A DNA stretch of 63,810 bases, the filler included, from Octopus bimaculoides (taxonomy: Eukaryota): NCBI RefSeq assembly GCF_001194135.2. It is 6 parts of 6 records of this genome, joined end to end, with 100 filler letters (N's around TTAATTAATTAA, not from the genome) between each part and the next. Parts side by side here need not be neighbours in the genome. Positions count along the whole stretch, not along the records: positions 27,304 to 48,319 come from NC_068982.1; 5 more parts are not named here. One strand, 5' to 3'. Below are positions 35,976 to 48,256 of the stretch, piece by piece (position 1 is the first letter of the stretch; each line of letters opens with the position of its first letter). The translations under genes were made by a program, and so were the position numbers. Below the pieces are notes generated by a model. That model worked only from the letters and a program-made list of their open reading frames with translations. It was not told the origin of the DNA and made no database searches.

Positions 35976-36309
35976 TGTACGGAAAACACTCGGCAAGAAA
36001 TGGAAAAAAATTGAAGAAAGAAGAAAAAAACAACAACAGCATAATAATAAACAAATAAAAAAACAGAGGCTGCAATACCAGATAACTATTAAGAAAATGA
36101 AGAAACATAACAGGAATAGAGCAACAGCTAAATTCTCAACTAAAACTGAGACTACAGAGTGCCACGTATGGTACTTTGAATAAAGTAAATAAAGGTAAAA
36201 TAACGAAGCCAATACAAAATATCTGAACAGTACTCGAGACTCACGAAAACTGCGTGCGCAGCAGCGTGAAAGCACACAATGGAAATAGTCATAGGTTGCA
36301 TTATGCTTT

Positions 36310-36470
36310 GACAAATAAATGCAAACTGTTTTGTACTTTAACAAATAAATTTAGGCTGCAGTGTACTTTAGCATGTATGTATATATGAGTATAGGCTGCA
36401 TTGTACTTTAACTAGCATACATATAGGCTTCAGTAGTAGTAGTATATATATATTTATATATATCTATCTA

Positions 36471-36515
<45 letters not shown>

Positions 36516-36970
36516 NNNNNNNNNNNNNNNNNNNNNNNNNNNNNNNNNNNNNNNNNNNNNNNNNNNNNNNNNNNNNNNNNNNNNNNNNNNNNNNNNNNNN
36601 NNNNNNNNNNNNNNNNNNNNNNNNNNNNNNNNNNNNNNNNNNNNNNNNNNNNNNNNNNNNNNNNNNNNNNNNNNNNNNNNNNNNNNNNNNNNNNNNNNNN
36701 NNNNNNNNNNNNNNNNNNNNNNNNNNNNNNNNNNNNNNNNNNNNNNNNNNNNNNNNNNNNNNNNNNNNNNNNNNNNNNNNNNNNNNNNNNNNNNNNNNNN
36801 TATATATATATATATGTATATGTATATGTATATAGACTGCAGTGTACTTTAAGAAATGAGTATAGGCAGCAGGGTACTTTAACAAGCAAATATCGGCTGC
36901 AGTTTATTTTTAACAAATATTTTAAAGTTGATGTGTACTTTAATAAATATCTACAGGCTGCAGTCTATAT
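36310..36970. repeat. Degenerate roughly 30-bp minisatellite (TAGGCTGCAGTGTACTTTAACAAATA) on both sides of a gap
   Basis: Units at 36310-36435 and 36833-36970. Confidence 0.75.
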
Positions 36971-37895
36971 AGAAACGCATATTATAGAATGTATCAGAAT
37001 TGACAGAAGCTAAACAAAATAATCGAAATAATTAAAATATCCGATAGCTGATTAATTAGGTGTAACTAAGATTACTTTTGACTTGTGTGGGGGCAGTTTA
37101 ATTTCCACCACCTCTCCGATTTTGATTGTCATTTCCTTAGGTACCAGTGTTATACTAGTGATGAAGTGATATACTATCATCAAAAACCTGTTTATTTCAA
37201 GTGCAGTTTAGTTGTATATTTAATTGATTTTTTTTCTTTTTTTTTTATTGTCACATGAACATTATTTCTATACTTTATTATAATACGTCAAAATTCCTGC
37301 AACTATTTTGTCTATCCTTTGTCGTCCGTGCTGCTGTTTTCGCTGCTATTGTGCTGCTGCTGCTATTGTGCTGCTGCTGCTATTGTGCTGCTGCTGCTGT
37401 CTTTTATTGTTGATGTTAGGATTTTAAACGATTTTGTTTAGTTGTCGTCACCGTCGTCACCGTCGTCATTCTAGCTACTGTGTTTATTTGTCTTTCGTTA
37501 AGTAGTTTTGTCATTGAAGGTATGTTGTTGTCGTTGTTATTATTAACTTCGATGTTAAGATTTTCGTTGTCATAGCTGCTGTTGAAATATTGTCATTATT
37601 GTTGTTGTTGACATTGCTTCTACATTACCGTTATATTATTTAGCACCACTCACTCCCCACAAACACCAACACCACGTCAGGCTAGCTCTGATCAAGTAGA
37701 CTCATAACGAAAAACATTCCAGCTTGGACCATTCAGTCTTTATATATATATATATATATATATNNNNNNNNNNCTTGTTTATCATTTTGTCCCTGTTTTT
37801 TTTTTTGCAACGTCATGTACCCAGATATGTATCTATATGTACATGTAGTTGAAGGTATGTACATACATGTACATATATATGCATATACTTATATT

Positions 37896-37926
<31 letters not shown>

Positions 37927-38509
37927 AGACTGCATTGTCGAATGTCCCCTTGGTGTTTTATGACGTCAAGGTGGATTTGAGGAAACCTGGCTGCTATTTC
38001 TCACAAGCTGATTGACTGCATAGACCGTCCTTCGTTTTCGTTGCTAATGATGCCATCAATGTTGTTGTTGTCGCTGGGGCTGCTACTGTTGTTGCTATAA
38101 CAACCACCTTCATGATGCTATAAAGATGGCTACCATTACTTTGATGTTTGTTTCCGTATATCTTTATAAAGGAAACCCAAGGGAATTCTGTCGTTTCTTC
38201 GAAATATAATTATTTCAAAACTCCGTTTAACAATGACAACTGTATGTCTCTTCTTTTGCCTCGCACCCACCCATCACCACCTCCTCACTTCCTCCATCGC
38301 CCCCATGCAGTAAAAATCTTGACATAACACGACGTAGAGGATGGTCGGAGTGGAACACAGCTACACGTGTGTTGTGGATGTGCTGACGTGGTTTAATCAT
38401 GATGTGTTTGACATTTGACAAAGGAATAAACTTCATTTCGCTTCGCATCTCCTCGTGACTTTTCATGTCACTACTACCATCATTGTAACAAAACTCGTGA
38501 CACTCCTGC

Positions 38510-39700
38510 AACACCACCACTACCAACAACAACAACAACAGCAACACCAACGCCAATACCACCATCATTACTATCACCACTGCGTACCTACATTACTACC
38601 ACTTCGCATTCACTACACCACCTACAACTAATATCATCACCACCACTCCACAACCACAGTAGTATTTCTATTACCACCACTACCTCAACTACCACCATTC
38701 TGCCCCACCACAACTACCACGACTATTACCACTGCTATCACCACCTCAACCATAATTACCACCAGCTGCCATCAACACAAACTTACGATTACCACCACTT
38801 CACGAGCCCTGGTGCATCACTCTATAACCGCCACAGCCTCCACTCCACAACCACTACAAACACTACTTTGGAACCACTACAGTCAGTTAGAAGTTTTAAT
38901 GCCACAACCAACTATAAAAACCCCAACAACTACCAACTAATACCTCCAATTTTTAAAAAAAGGGCCTGTTTTCAATTTTAAAAAAGGGTATTTTCATAAA
39001 CCCCTGTGGTAAGAAACTTACTTTCCAACCACATGGTTCCAGGTTCAATCCCACTGCGTGACACCTTGAGCAAGTGTCTTCTCTATAGCCACGGGCCGAC
39101 CAAATCTTTGTGAGTGCATTTGGTAAACGGAAACTGAAAGAAGCCCGTCGAATATATGTGTATATGTGTATATGTGTGCCTTTGTATCAGTCTCTGTCCC
39201 CACCACCATTGCTTGACAACCGATGCTGGTGCGTTTATGTCCCCGTAACTTAGCGGTTCGGCAAAAGATTTCGATAGAATAAATACTAGTCTTACAAAGA
39301 TTAAGTCCTGGGGTCGATTTCTTCGACTGATACCCTTCAAGGCGGTGCCCCAGCATAGCCACAGTCAAATGACTGAAATAAGTAAAAGAGTAAAATAATA
39401 AGACAGTACAACCACAACCACTACAATCACAGCAGCCATTAGTACCATCACTACAACATCCACCTGTACTATCACCACAACAGCCAACAACTCTACCATC
39501 ACAACAAACAGCATCATGACCCACCACAGCTATCACCAACAGTATCACCACTAAAACTACCAAGTTTAACGCCATAAAAAATCCCCATCGAAACTACCAC
39601 CACTACAACCATTATTACAAACACAATAACGTCTACTAATACTACCGCTAGAACACCAGCACCGCTAACGCTTCACCATCCGCCAACATAAACACCACGC
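38510..39700. repeat. Decayed (CAC/CAA/TAC)-rich low-complexity tract containing a SINE insertion
   Basis: Direct reading. Confidence 0.8.
39003..39395 (+). mobile_element. Near full-length SINE family A
   Basis: B-box GGTTCAATCCC, CCTTGAGCAAGTGTCTT, internal TA/TG tract and tail stem-loop. Confidence 0.9.
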
Positions 39701-42700
39701 AAATATAAAAAAAGTTTAAACATTCAAAATAATCTCTACATATCAATCACAATCATTGTAAAATACACAATGTCATCTTAATAAAAGAAGCAGTATAGCT
39801 GACTGAATCAACTATTTTAATAAAAAAGCTATTGAAATAGTCTCTGTGTATCATACTCAATGTACAGGCACTCGATAGGCCAGTTACTGCGGTATGTGTC
39901 CTGGGGTAACATCAGTTATGAACGTGAAGTGTTAAAAACACAATAAATATCATGAGCGAAAGAGACAAAAATTCGCCCTATCAGCAGCCAGCGAGAACGC
40001 CAGAAAAATATCGGTATTTCTTGGCCTTTTCAATGACGCGTACTTTCAGCCAGTCACCGAATATGTATACATCAAGTATGATACTTAGATGGCTATTTTA
40101 ATTTAATACTACTTCAATTGCGTATACCAGATTTTTAAATGCTATTGGTTTCTTGAGATACGATTGAAGATGTGATTTCTTAATGCAGTCTACCTTGGCC
40201 ATTAGCATATTGGAATCCACCACTCTTTAAATAGTAAATGCTTCCTTAGAAGCATTTACTATTTTACAGTACCAATACTGTTTACAGTGGTGAGATACTG
40301 CTTTCTTGTGATACTTATTACAACCAAGTAGACTGGGCAATATAAGAATTAAGTGGCTCCCACACAGACAATTCTGATTCCTCAGCCGGGCGTCCATTAC
40401 TCTGTCAAGGTACATTATTTAATCTTTTTCAAGGTTGAAAGTCAATGCTGATCTTTGATGATATATGATTTTAGGATTCTGAGGTATTCAGCTAGATGTA
40501 TAAACATTCTTGTCAATACTGATTATAAATTCCATATTCTGCTGACTATCCTTTAATTAGATCTTAACTCCACCCTACGTTACCGACCACACTGATTACT
40601 GCACAATAATGTTATACTTATCTATAATTTGGTTCACATCATGGAAGAAGACATTTCAGTAAACTCACATGCTCTATGGCTGACCTCATAATGCGGCATT
40701 GCTCCTTGCAGAGCATCAACTGCTCAACTGCAATATCTAACGTTTATCGGAAATAGCTATCAGATCTTCAAATCATATTTTGTGTCTTTGAAAGGAAGGA
40801 TAAGTGAAACAATGAGTAACTATTGCTGTATTGCTATGAATAAAGTGCGGGTTGATGAGAGGTGTACGCAACAATAATAACTTAATACATTATGGCATCT
40901 CATTATAGCATTCACCGCGTTACGAGACCAACTACTTTTCGACTTTCGTCACACCGCAGCATTGGTCAACAACGATCAACAGCATCCGCTTAGACAGAAG
41001 ACGCCCAAAATATCTTTAATGTAAGCAGGAGGATGTTGTTATAGAGAGAGGATTCAGATAAATTATTGATTCATTTTACGCCCAGCTGATGTAGAATCAA
41101 ACATTGAAGACATGTTTATTCTCAATATTTAGTCCTATGAGATGGGACAGAGTTCATACTCTTTGCAGACTCTCGCAGATTAGTGAGATTAGTTTAGTTG
41201 ATGTTCCGATTGAATTTCTATCGGTTGAAATTTGATTGAATTTCTATCGGTTGAAATTTGAAGAAATCAGGGTGGGAGCGGTTTAAAAGGATTCTGGTTC
41301 TGGGGACAAAGAACTAAAGGAAATATTTAGTATGGGGACTCATCTTGGTTATGCTGTAGAGATGATGAAATGAGAAAAAACAAGTAGATCTCCATGATAA
41401 AATGCATAGTAGTTGAGAGGAAGGAAGAAAAAAAAAACCGTTATTGCGGAAAGGAAAGATAGAGAGAGAATACTGTTTGTTGGAGCAATAGTACTTTTCA
41501 GATGCAATTTAGAGAGTTGTATAGTAGCTGCACTTTACTATGATAATCTCTTTCCCTTTGTGGCACACTTTAATGGAAACTGTATCCAATATACTCTAGT
41601 ACTCAATTATTAATTGAAAAAACGAAAAGAAAAAGAAAAGAAATCAATGCTATGATGTATCGATGATATATCGATAATTGCATTGCGAATCTTGTCATCA
41701 CAATAAAGGGAAAAATAAGGAAACAGAAACAAAACTAATATTCTAGAAATAATAATTTCTCTTATTCCTGATTAGAAAATCGTAACAATAATTTCTGAAC
41801 AAATACACCAGTTTGTCTTGCTACAGAGTCTTGGGTTTTGCGGCAGAAGTAGCTGTCTGCTGGTTCTACAACAAGAGTATAGCGCCAGTGATCACTTAGG
41901 CTACCTGCTTCTGAAATTTTTACCGGTTACATCCGGCCACCATCTAACCTCCTTTGACCTCTAAATCAAAATAACTAGAAGTGGAAACCACCACTACGTT
42001 GATTTTCAAAAAGTTTTCTAAAAATAAGTCCGCTTATGACATCCGTTATTGAGATTTTTCCTATTCAGACATCTTGTTCATAAGCCAAAGTCAGTTTTGT
42101 TCGTTATATTTGGAATGTATGACAGATGGTTAAAAGGAATTGAAACGAAGACAAACTGTGAAGTTGTTTTGATTTATTTTTTTCATATTTTGTGATTATT
42201 CAGCTGTTCGTTCCAATAACAATATCAGAGAAATTAATCAAAGACGAATAGAGATAACATGATATAACACATAAACAAATTCATATAAGACGACAGGGAA
42301 ATATTAAATCAGTTAAAATTCGCATACCACACAGATTTGCATTACCTAGAACTCCATCTCACGACAATTAACTTTGCCGCTAAATTTACATCAAGCAGTC
42401 AAAAAATACATTTAAAAGAAAGAAAAGGATTGTCAAAAATATTAAATATAAAATAAAATATATATAAAAAAAACTCATTATTATTCAAACTAATGTTACT
42501 CTTGTCGATTCAATCTTTTTTTTTTTTTAGAGTCCTTTTTTATTTCTCACTGCGACTATTTTTAATCAGTTGCAATTTTATGTTTGTTTATTTCTTCCAT
42601 TTCTTTCCGATTTACTTTAATCAACTTAGATCATTGCCAAAATAGCTTAGTAAGAATTCTTTTCTGGCGCAAACTCATCTTTGTAATATGCAAGTGTGAC

Positions 42701-43084
42701 ACCATTAAGTATTCTTCTCGCCAACGCAGAATCGACCACTCCAATACCACCATTTTATTTCTATCTATTGTAAATTATATTATAATTTTGCAGACGTATT
42801 ACTACTGAGTGTGCTGTTCTTTGTTGTGCAACCTTGTGTGAATATCTGTCACGTGACTAGTCGAACATCTGGAAGTTAATTTGTGCTCCGTCATACAAAT
42901 CACATCTAGTTTTTGTCACTTGTTTTGTATTTTAATGGCTATTTCAATTTCTTTAGTTGAATTATATCTTATTTAGCCAATTTTTTTCACGTATGTCACT
43001 AGTGTTAGCGAGAAAGGCATGACAATCACACAATCTCATTCCCAATACCTATAAATTTATGATGCCTACCTATATTAAGATTGT

Positions 43085-43155
43085 TTCTTCTTCTTCTTCT
43101 TCTTCTTCTTCTTCTTCTTCTTCTTCTTCTTCTTCTTCTTCTTCTTCTTCTTCCC
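43085..43155. repeat. (TTC)n microsatellite
   Basis: Direct reading. Confidence 0.95.
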
Positions 43156-43589
43156 ACGAATACTAATGTCTTCTATTGGGCACAAGGCTTTAAATTTCCT
43201 TGGTTGGACAATAAATCAACGAAGACCTCTCTGAGTAGATGACTATAAATATACGAACCAAAGAGNNNNNNNNNNNNNNNNNNNNNNNNNNNNNNNNNNN
43301 NNNNNNNNNNNNNNNNNNNNNNNNNNNNNNNNNNNNNNNNNNNNNNNNNNNNNNNNNNNNNNNNNNNNNNNNNNNNNNNNNNNNNNNNNNNNNNNGAGAG
43401 AGAGAGAGAGAGAGAAGGACAGAGAGAGGGGAGAGAGAGGGAGAGAGAAGGAGAGAGGGAGAGAGAAGGAGAGAGGGAGAGAGAAGGAGAGAGGGAGAGA
43501 AGAGAGAGAGAGATTGAAGGTTGAGTACCCTACCTATTAGAACTCGCTGCTGAATCTTCCTCGGATTCCAGATTCTTAAATAGATGACA

Positions 43590-44120
43590 AATTGATAGAT
43601 TCGTTAAAACTTGGAACAAAATGCCTTGCATTATTGTGTTCCGGTTCTATATGGTCATAGTTTAAATCCCACCTTTGTCGACTTTGCCTTGTATTTTTTT
43701 TCTGTACGTGATCGATAAATTAAAGAGCCAGCAGAACAGGACGATAGATTAGTGGAACTTTTTGCACGTCGGATGAGATTCTTTACGGCATTTGGCCCTG
43801 TGTCCTGAATTCAAATCTCAGTGAAGTCAACTTCACTTTTCATTTGCTTTTTTTATTACCAGATCGAAAAACTAAAGTACTAGCAATACTCATGGTTAGA
43901 TTCGTGGGATTTTTTTACTGTCAGGTGAGATACTTTTTTACACTATATATTCAATCGTTCGATGCTCTGAATTCAAAACTTACCGCGGTTGACGTTGTCT
44001 TATTGATTTTCATCTCCCGAAATTGATGAAATAAAATACGAGCAGCTCAGACCGTTAGATCGATAGAATTATTTGATCGTCTGATGAGATTCCTCGTGGT
44101 ATTTACTCTCTGCATTTTGA
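43590..44120 (+). mobile_element. Three to four adjacent decayed SINE family C copies
   Basis: Repeated gatagatt..tt.aattcaaa..gtc.actttg..gat.aa.taaa blocks at about 43595, 43745, 43895 and 44060. Confidence 0.55.
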
Positions 44121-44369
44121 ATTCTTTGGATGGTTGCTCGATTGCTCACCCGGTTTATTAACACTACCACCGAACCCTTTGACTCTCTTTAGGGAAGTTC
44201 AGTGTGTTTCGAGCCTTCAGAGCAAGATCCAGTTTAAAAGTAACTTCCTCCTGTCCTCCCACTGGTTTAAGAGGCCCTGTAAAAATAAAGAACTTTGGAT
44301 GATATCCTTCCTTCTCTGAGAGAACTATGAAGAAAAGAGACAATGACTAATGTGATGACGGATTCCCTA

Positions 44370-44580
44370 TACGAGAAGTGCTGAAAATTTCCTGGCTTTG
44401 AGTAAAAGAAAATACAGGAAGATCAGTTAATTATTATTTTATTCAAGATATTCTCCTCTCAGATTCACACGCTCATTGCAGCAGTCCTTCAAGTTTTCTA
44501 AGCCCTGTAAAAGAACTCGGAAGGTTAGGCCTCCAACTAGCCCTTTTGTGATACAGTCAGAACCAGAAACTTTTCAGCAA
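44370..44580. mobile_element. Small mariner-type MITE
   Basis: TA|CGAGAAGTGCTGAAAATTTCCTGGCT versus right end AACCAGAAACTTTTCAGCA (16/19 inverted match). Confidence 0.6.
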
Positions 44581-45586
44581 GAGAAAAAGTTCAGGCATAA
44601 AGTATGATAAAAGAAAGCGTGAATAGAAACATAAAAAACCGTAACAGGGAGATGACCCTGCAAATCACAGCCCATATTCTACACAAGCACTTTTATTTCA
44701 ATAGCACTAGTCAAACACAACACTCCCTAAATAGAACAGACCATATACAATAAAAAGTAATCGTTGCTTATAGAATATTCCATGCTTTCGTTAATTAGTC
44801 AAGGTGTCTATGCAGTGCCGTATTAAGTCATGCGCACATTGAGCAATATCCAGGGGCTTCACGAATCTAGGGTCCGATTCTCACCTATGTATGCAGTGGT
44901 TTGTTGTCAATAAATATATACTATAGGGCCCAGCGCATTGATTTGTCCAGGGGCCTGTAATGAGACTGAGATCTTTCTGCGTCTGTATAGTTATGAGCAA
45001 ACATAGACACTGCCTGAGCCTTTTCAACTTTGACCCAGTGGAGCATCCAGGATGTGACAGCTGGGAGCTATATGAATTGAAATAACTTACTCAAGGACAC
45101 AACATACCGCTGATTCAGGAATCGACCTTCTGATCGTGAGTTCAAATAATATGAAGGCCAGATGCCGTCACATCATACAATAACTACCCAATAAACTAAC
45201 ACAGCCTAAACAACACATATTTTATGGGACCACCACCATGTAATACTAGATCACATAGGCGATACACAATCAACATCGAATAATACAACACTTGGTCTTA
45301 CATGAACAATACCCGACACTTTAATATCAATGCCTCACAAATCACGTTACATGGTTGTAAACCAATAGTATAATACAAATCATACGAAACGTTCTCAATA
45401 TAACTCATGAAACAATAAAATAACACTAGAAAAAAAGTTTAATACTACAGCAACGCTAAACAGATGTTATCTGCTAGCATAATTGTACGTTTCCAAAAGG
45501 CAATATAGTACGCAGTACAGAAGAACTGAGACCTAACTTTCTGTGCAGTAGAAACTAGCATAAAACTGCTGAAAATATAATAATAA

Positions 45587-45645
<59 letters not shown>

Positions 45646-45949
45646 ACATTAGCCCCGACCATAGATTTCTGGAGATTACCTCGTACACAGCACTAGCAAT
45701 GCATGGCATCCAGGACACACCTTCTTGTATCAAAGGCAACTTCCAACGCTTCCTAATGAGCCACAAACTACTTTAGTAACATCGCTTGTGCTTTAGTAGT
45801 TAAGGAAATAACTTTGAACCATACCTTTCCTGGTGACAGCCCGCCAGTGCGATACACATGTGCAGTCATGATGCTATGGAGTTGGCCTTCATGAGGTTGA
45901 GACCCGAGTGCCACCTATTTCTTGAAGCTGGAAACAATGGGCTTGTAAC

Positions 45950-46290
45950 AACTTACCCGTGTAACAACTAGACCCGGTGTCCCGTATATAGATAATAGAC
46001 TCTCCCGTCGAAGACAACATATGACCATCAGCTTTTGTCGAATGACCTGCACAAAGGATTTGTTTATAGTGATCAAATGTTCGTGCTGCACATCACCTCA
46101 CCCCCTCCATCAAATCGACGTTTCCTGAACAAATGCACGGTGTAAAGCGCATCAGGTGTCGAAGTGATCACAGAATTACGTGAGATGAAGTGTTTTGCTC
46201 AAGAACCTGGTCCATCCCTACATGGTCCAAAAGAATTGAAATCACGATCTCGTGATCGTGAATGCAACACCCTAGCCACTAGGTCATGTT
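45950..46290 (-). mobile_element. tRNA-derived SINE, another family (E)
   Basis: Minus-strand head catgacctagtggctagggtgttgcattcacgatcacgagatcgtgatttcaattc, then gttcttgagcaaaacacttca. Confidence 0.6.
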
Positions 46291-46759
46291 TTAGTTTGGG
46301 GGAGTGACTATGTGAATAATAATTCGGTGCCTCAGGGAGAAGGGATACAGAATGAGAGGCGGAACGTATGTGTTGTAGGCTGATGAAAACTTATGGTGAA
46401 GATACTTATTTTGCTTTCATATAAGAATTTTGTTATTGTTTGGTCTTCAGTCACGCGTGGAAGTAAAGGCGTAAATAGATGAGTCAAATTTAGAACATGA
46501 CACTGTCTATAGAAAGTTGATTTTTGTTGTATTAATTTAGGGTTCACAAAAGAATGTTTTTGGATAAATTAGTTAGCCACGTAATGGGTGTGGCGTTATT
46601 AGATTTCTATTTGGAAATTTTAAACTAGATATTTTAGGAAGGTTAGAATTAAGGAGACTGTTTTGCTATAAGTTAGTGTAAAAAATTATAAGGGTTTTTA
46701 AGTATTTCTAGCCAGGCTATCCGATTTTAGAGTGTATTATTGTAGAAAAATGCATTCTT

Positions 46760-47165
46760 TCTTTTCTTTTTTCTTTTACTTGTTTCAGTCATTTGACTGC
46801 GGCCATGCTGGAGCACCGCCTGTAGTCGAGCAAATCGACCCCAGGACTTATTCTTTGTAAGCCTAGTACTTATTCTATCGGTCTCTTATTGCTGAACCGC
46901 TAAGTTACAGGGACGTGAACACACCAGCATCGGTTGTCAAGCGGTGGGGGGGGGGGACAAACACAGACACACAAACACACATATATATATATACATATAT
47001 ACGACGGGCTTCTTTCAGTTTCCGTCTTCCAAATCCACTCACAAGGCTTTATTCGGCCCGAGGCTATAGTAGAAGACACTTGCCCAAGGTGCCACGCAGT
47101 GGGACTGAACCAGGAACCATGTGGTTGGTAAGCAAGCTACTTACCACACAGCCACTCCTGCGCCT
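46760..47165 (-). mobile_element. Full-length, young-looking SINE family A
   Basis: A-box TGGCTGTGTGG, B-box GGTTCAGTCCC, CCTTGGGCAAGTGTCTT and intact tail. Highly similar to 3640-4050 and 20091-20730. Confidence 0.95.
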
Positions 47166-47747
47166 ATGAAACAATATGATGTTAGCTATATATCCAGATG
47201 AATGTATAAGGATGACAGTTTTCCGTAGATATATCCAGGTCAATATATCGGAGGGTCAAAGTTAGTAACAAAAGCAGGACATACTACAAACCAAACCAAA
47301 CGAAGACAAACAGGGAGGGCCGTTAGGCCAAGACGAGGTAAGGTAGCGAACGCTTGAAGAAGATTCTTTGATACGAGAAAAGATAAGAGAGGAGACAAAT
47401 AAGAATGCGTCTGGATTGCGCGACAGACTGAAGAAAAAGAAAGATGATCACATGTGGAAAGGAAAGATGGATGAAGGTCACGTGTGAGTAACGAGAGAGA
47501 GTAAAGGAGGAAGAGGGAGAGAGTAAAAGAGGAAGAGGGAGAGAGAGACAAATAGAAAACGGTGATGGGAAGAAGAAAGAATTAGAAAAAGGATGACAGA
47601 AAAAACGAAAGGGGAGAGAGAGAGAACAATAAAAGATAGAATCCATCAAATATATTAAGATGAACTGGAAATGGATGCGTGGTGTTCAATCAAATAATGA
47701 TATAATACACACACACACGCGCACACACACACACATACATATATATA

Positions 47748-47749
47748 TG

Positions 47750-47783
<34 letters not shown>

Positions 47784-48185
47784 TGTACATAGGTGCGCAT
47801 ATATGGGTACAGAACGTCATAAAACGTAAACATGAAATACGAAAATAAACTTGGATACGCAAAGAACAAGAGAAACAAACGGAAAACAAGGCAAGTAACA
47901 TAAAAAGCGACCCTTCATCAGTTGTCGGCTGTACTTCTACCCGTTATTTCGAGCAATGAACGACAACATGAGACTTTGAAGGCAATTACTTCTACAAACC
48001 AAAATAAATTTAGCCAACTGATGAAGGGTCGTTTTTTATGTTTCTTGTCTTGTTTTCCATTTCTTTCTCTCGTTCTTTGCTACCCAACTTTATTTTCATA
48101 TTTCATATTGTTTACGTTTTCTGACGTCCTGTACTCATATATGCGTACCTATATTCATATATATGTATGTATGTATGTATATATG

Positions 48186-48186
<1 letters not shown>
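47748..48186. repeat. Diverged inverted repeat, arms 47748-47924 and 48015-48186, each beginning inward with CTGATGAAGGGTCG
   Basis: cgacccttcatcagttg versus caactgatgaagggtcg, with homology continuing about 170 bp into the flanking (TATG)n. Confidence 0.85.

Positions 48187-48256
<70 letters not shown>

Noticed and set aside
40100-40800. Possible ancient LINE remnant on -
   Set aside because: No diagnostic RT or endonuclease motif could be read with confidence.
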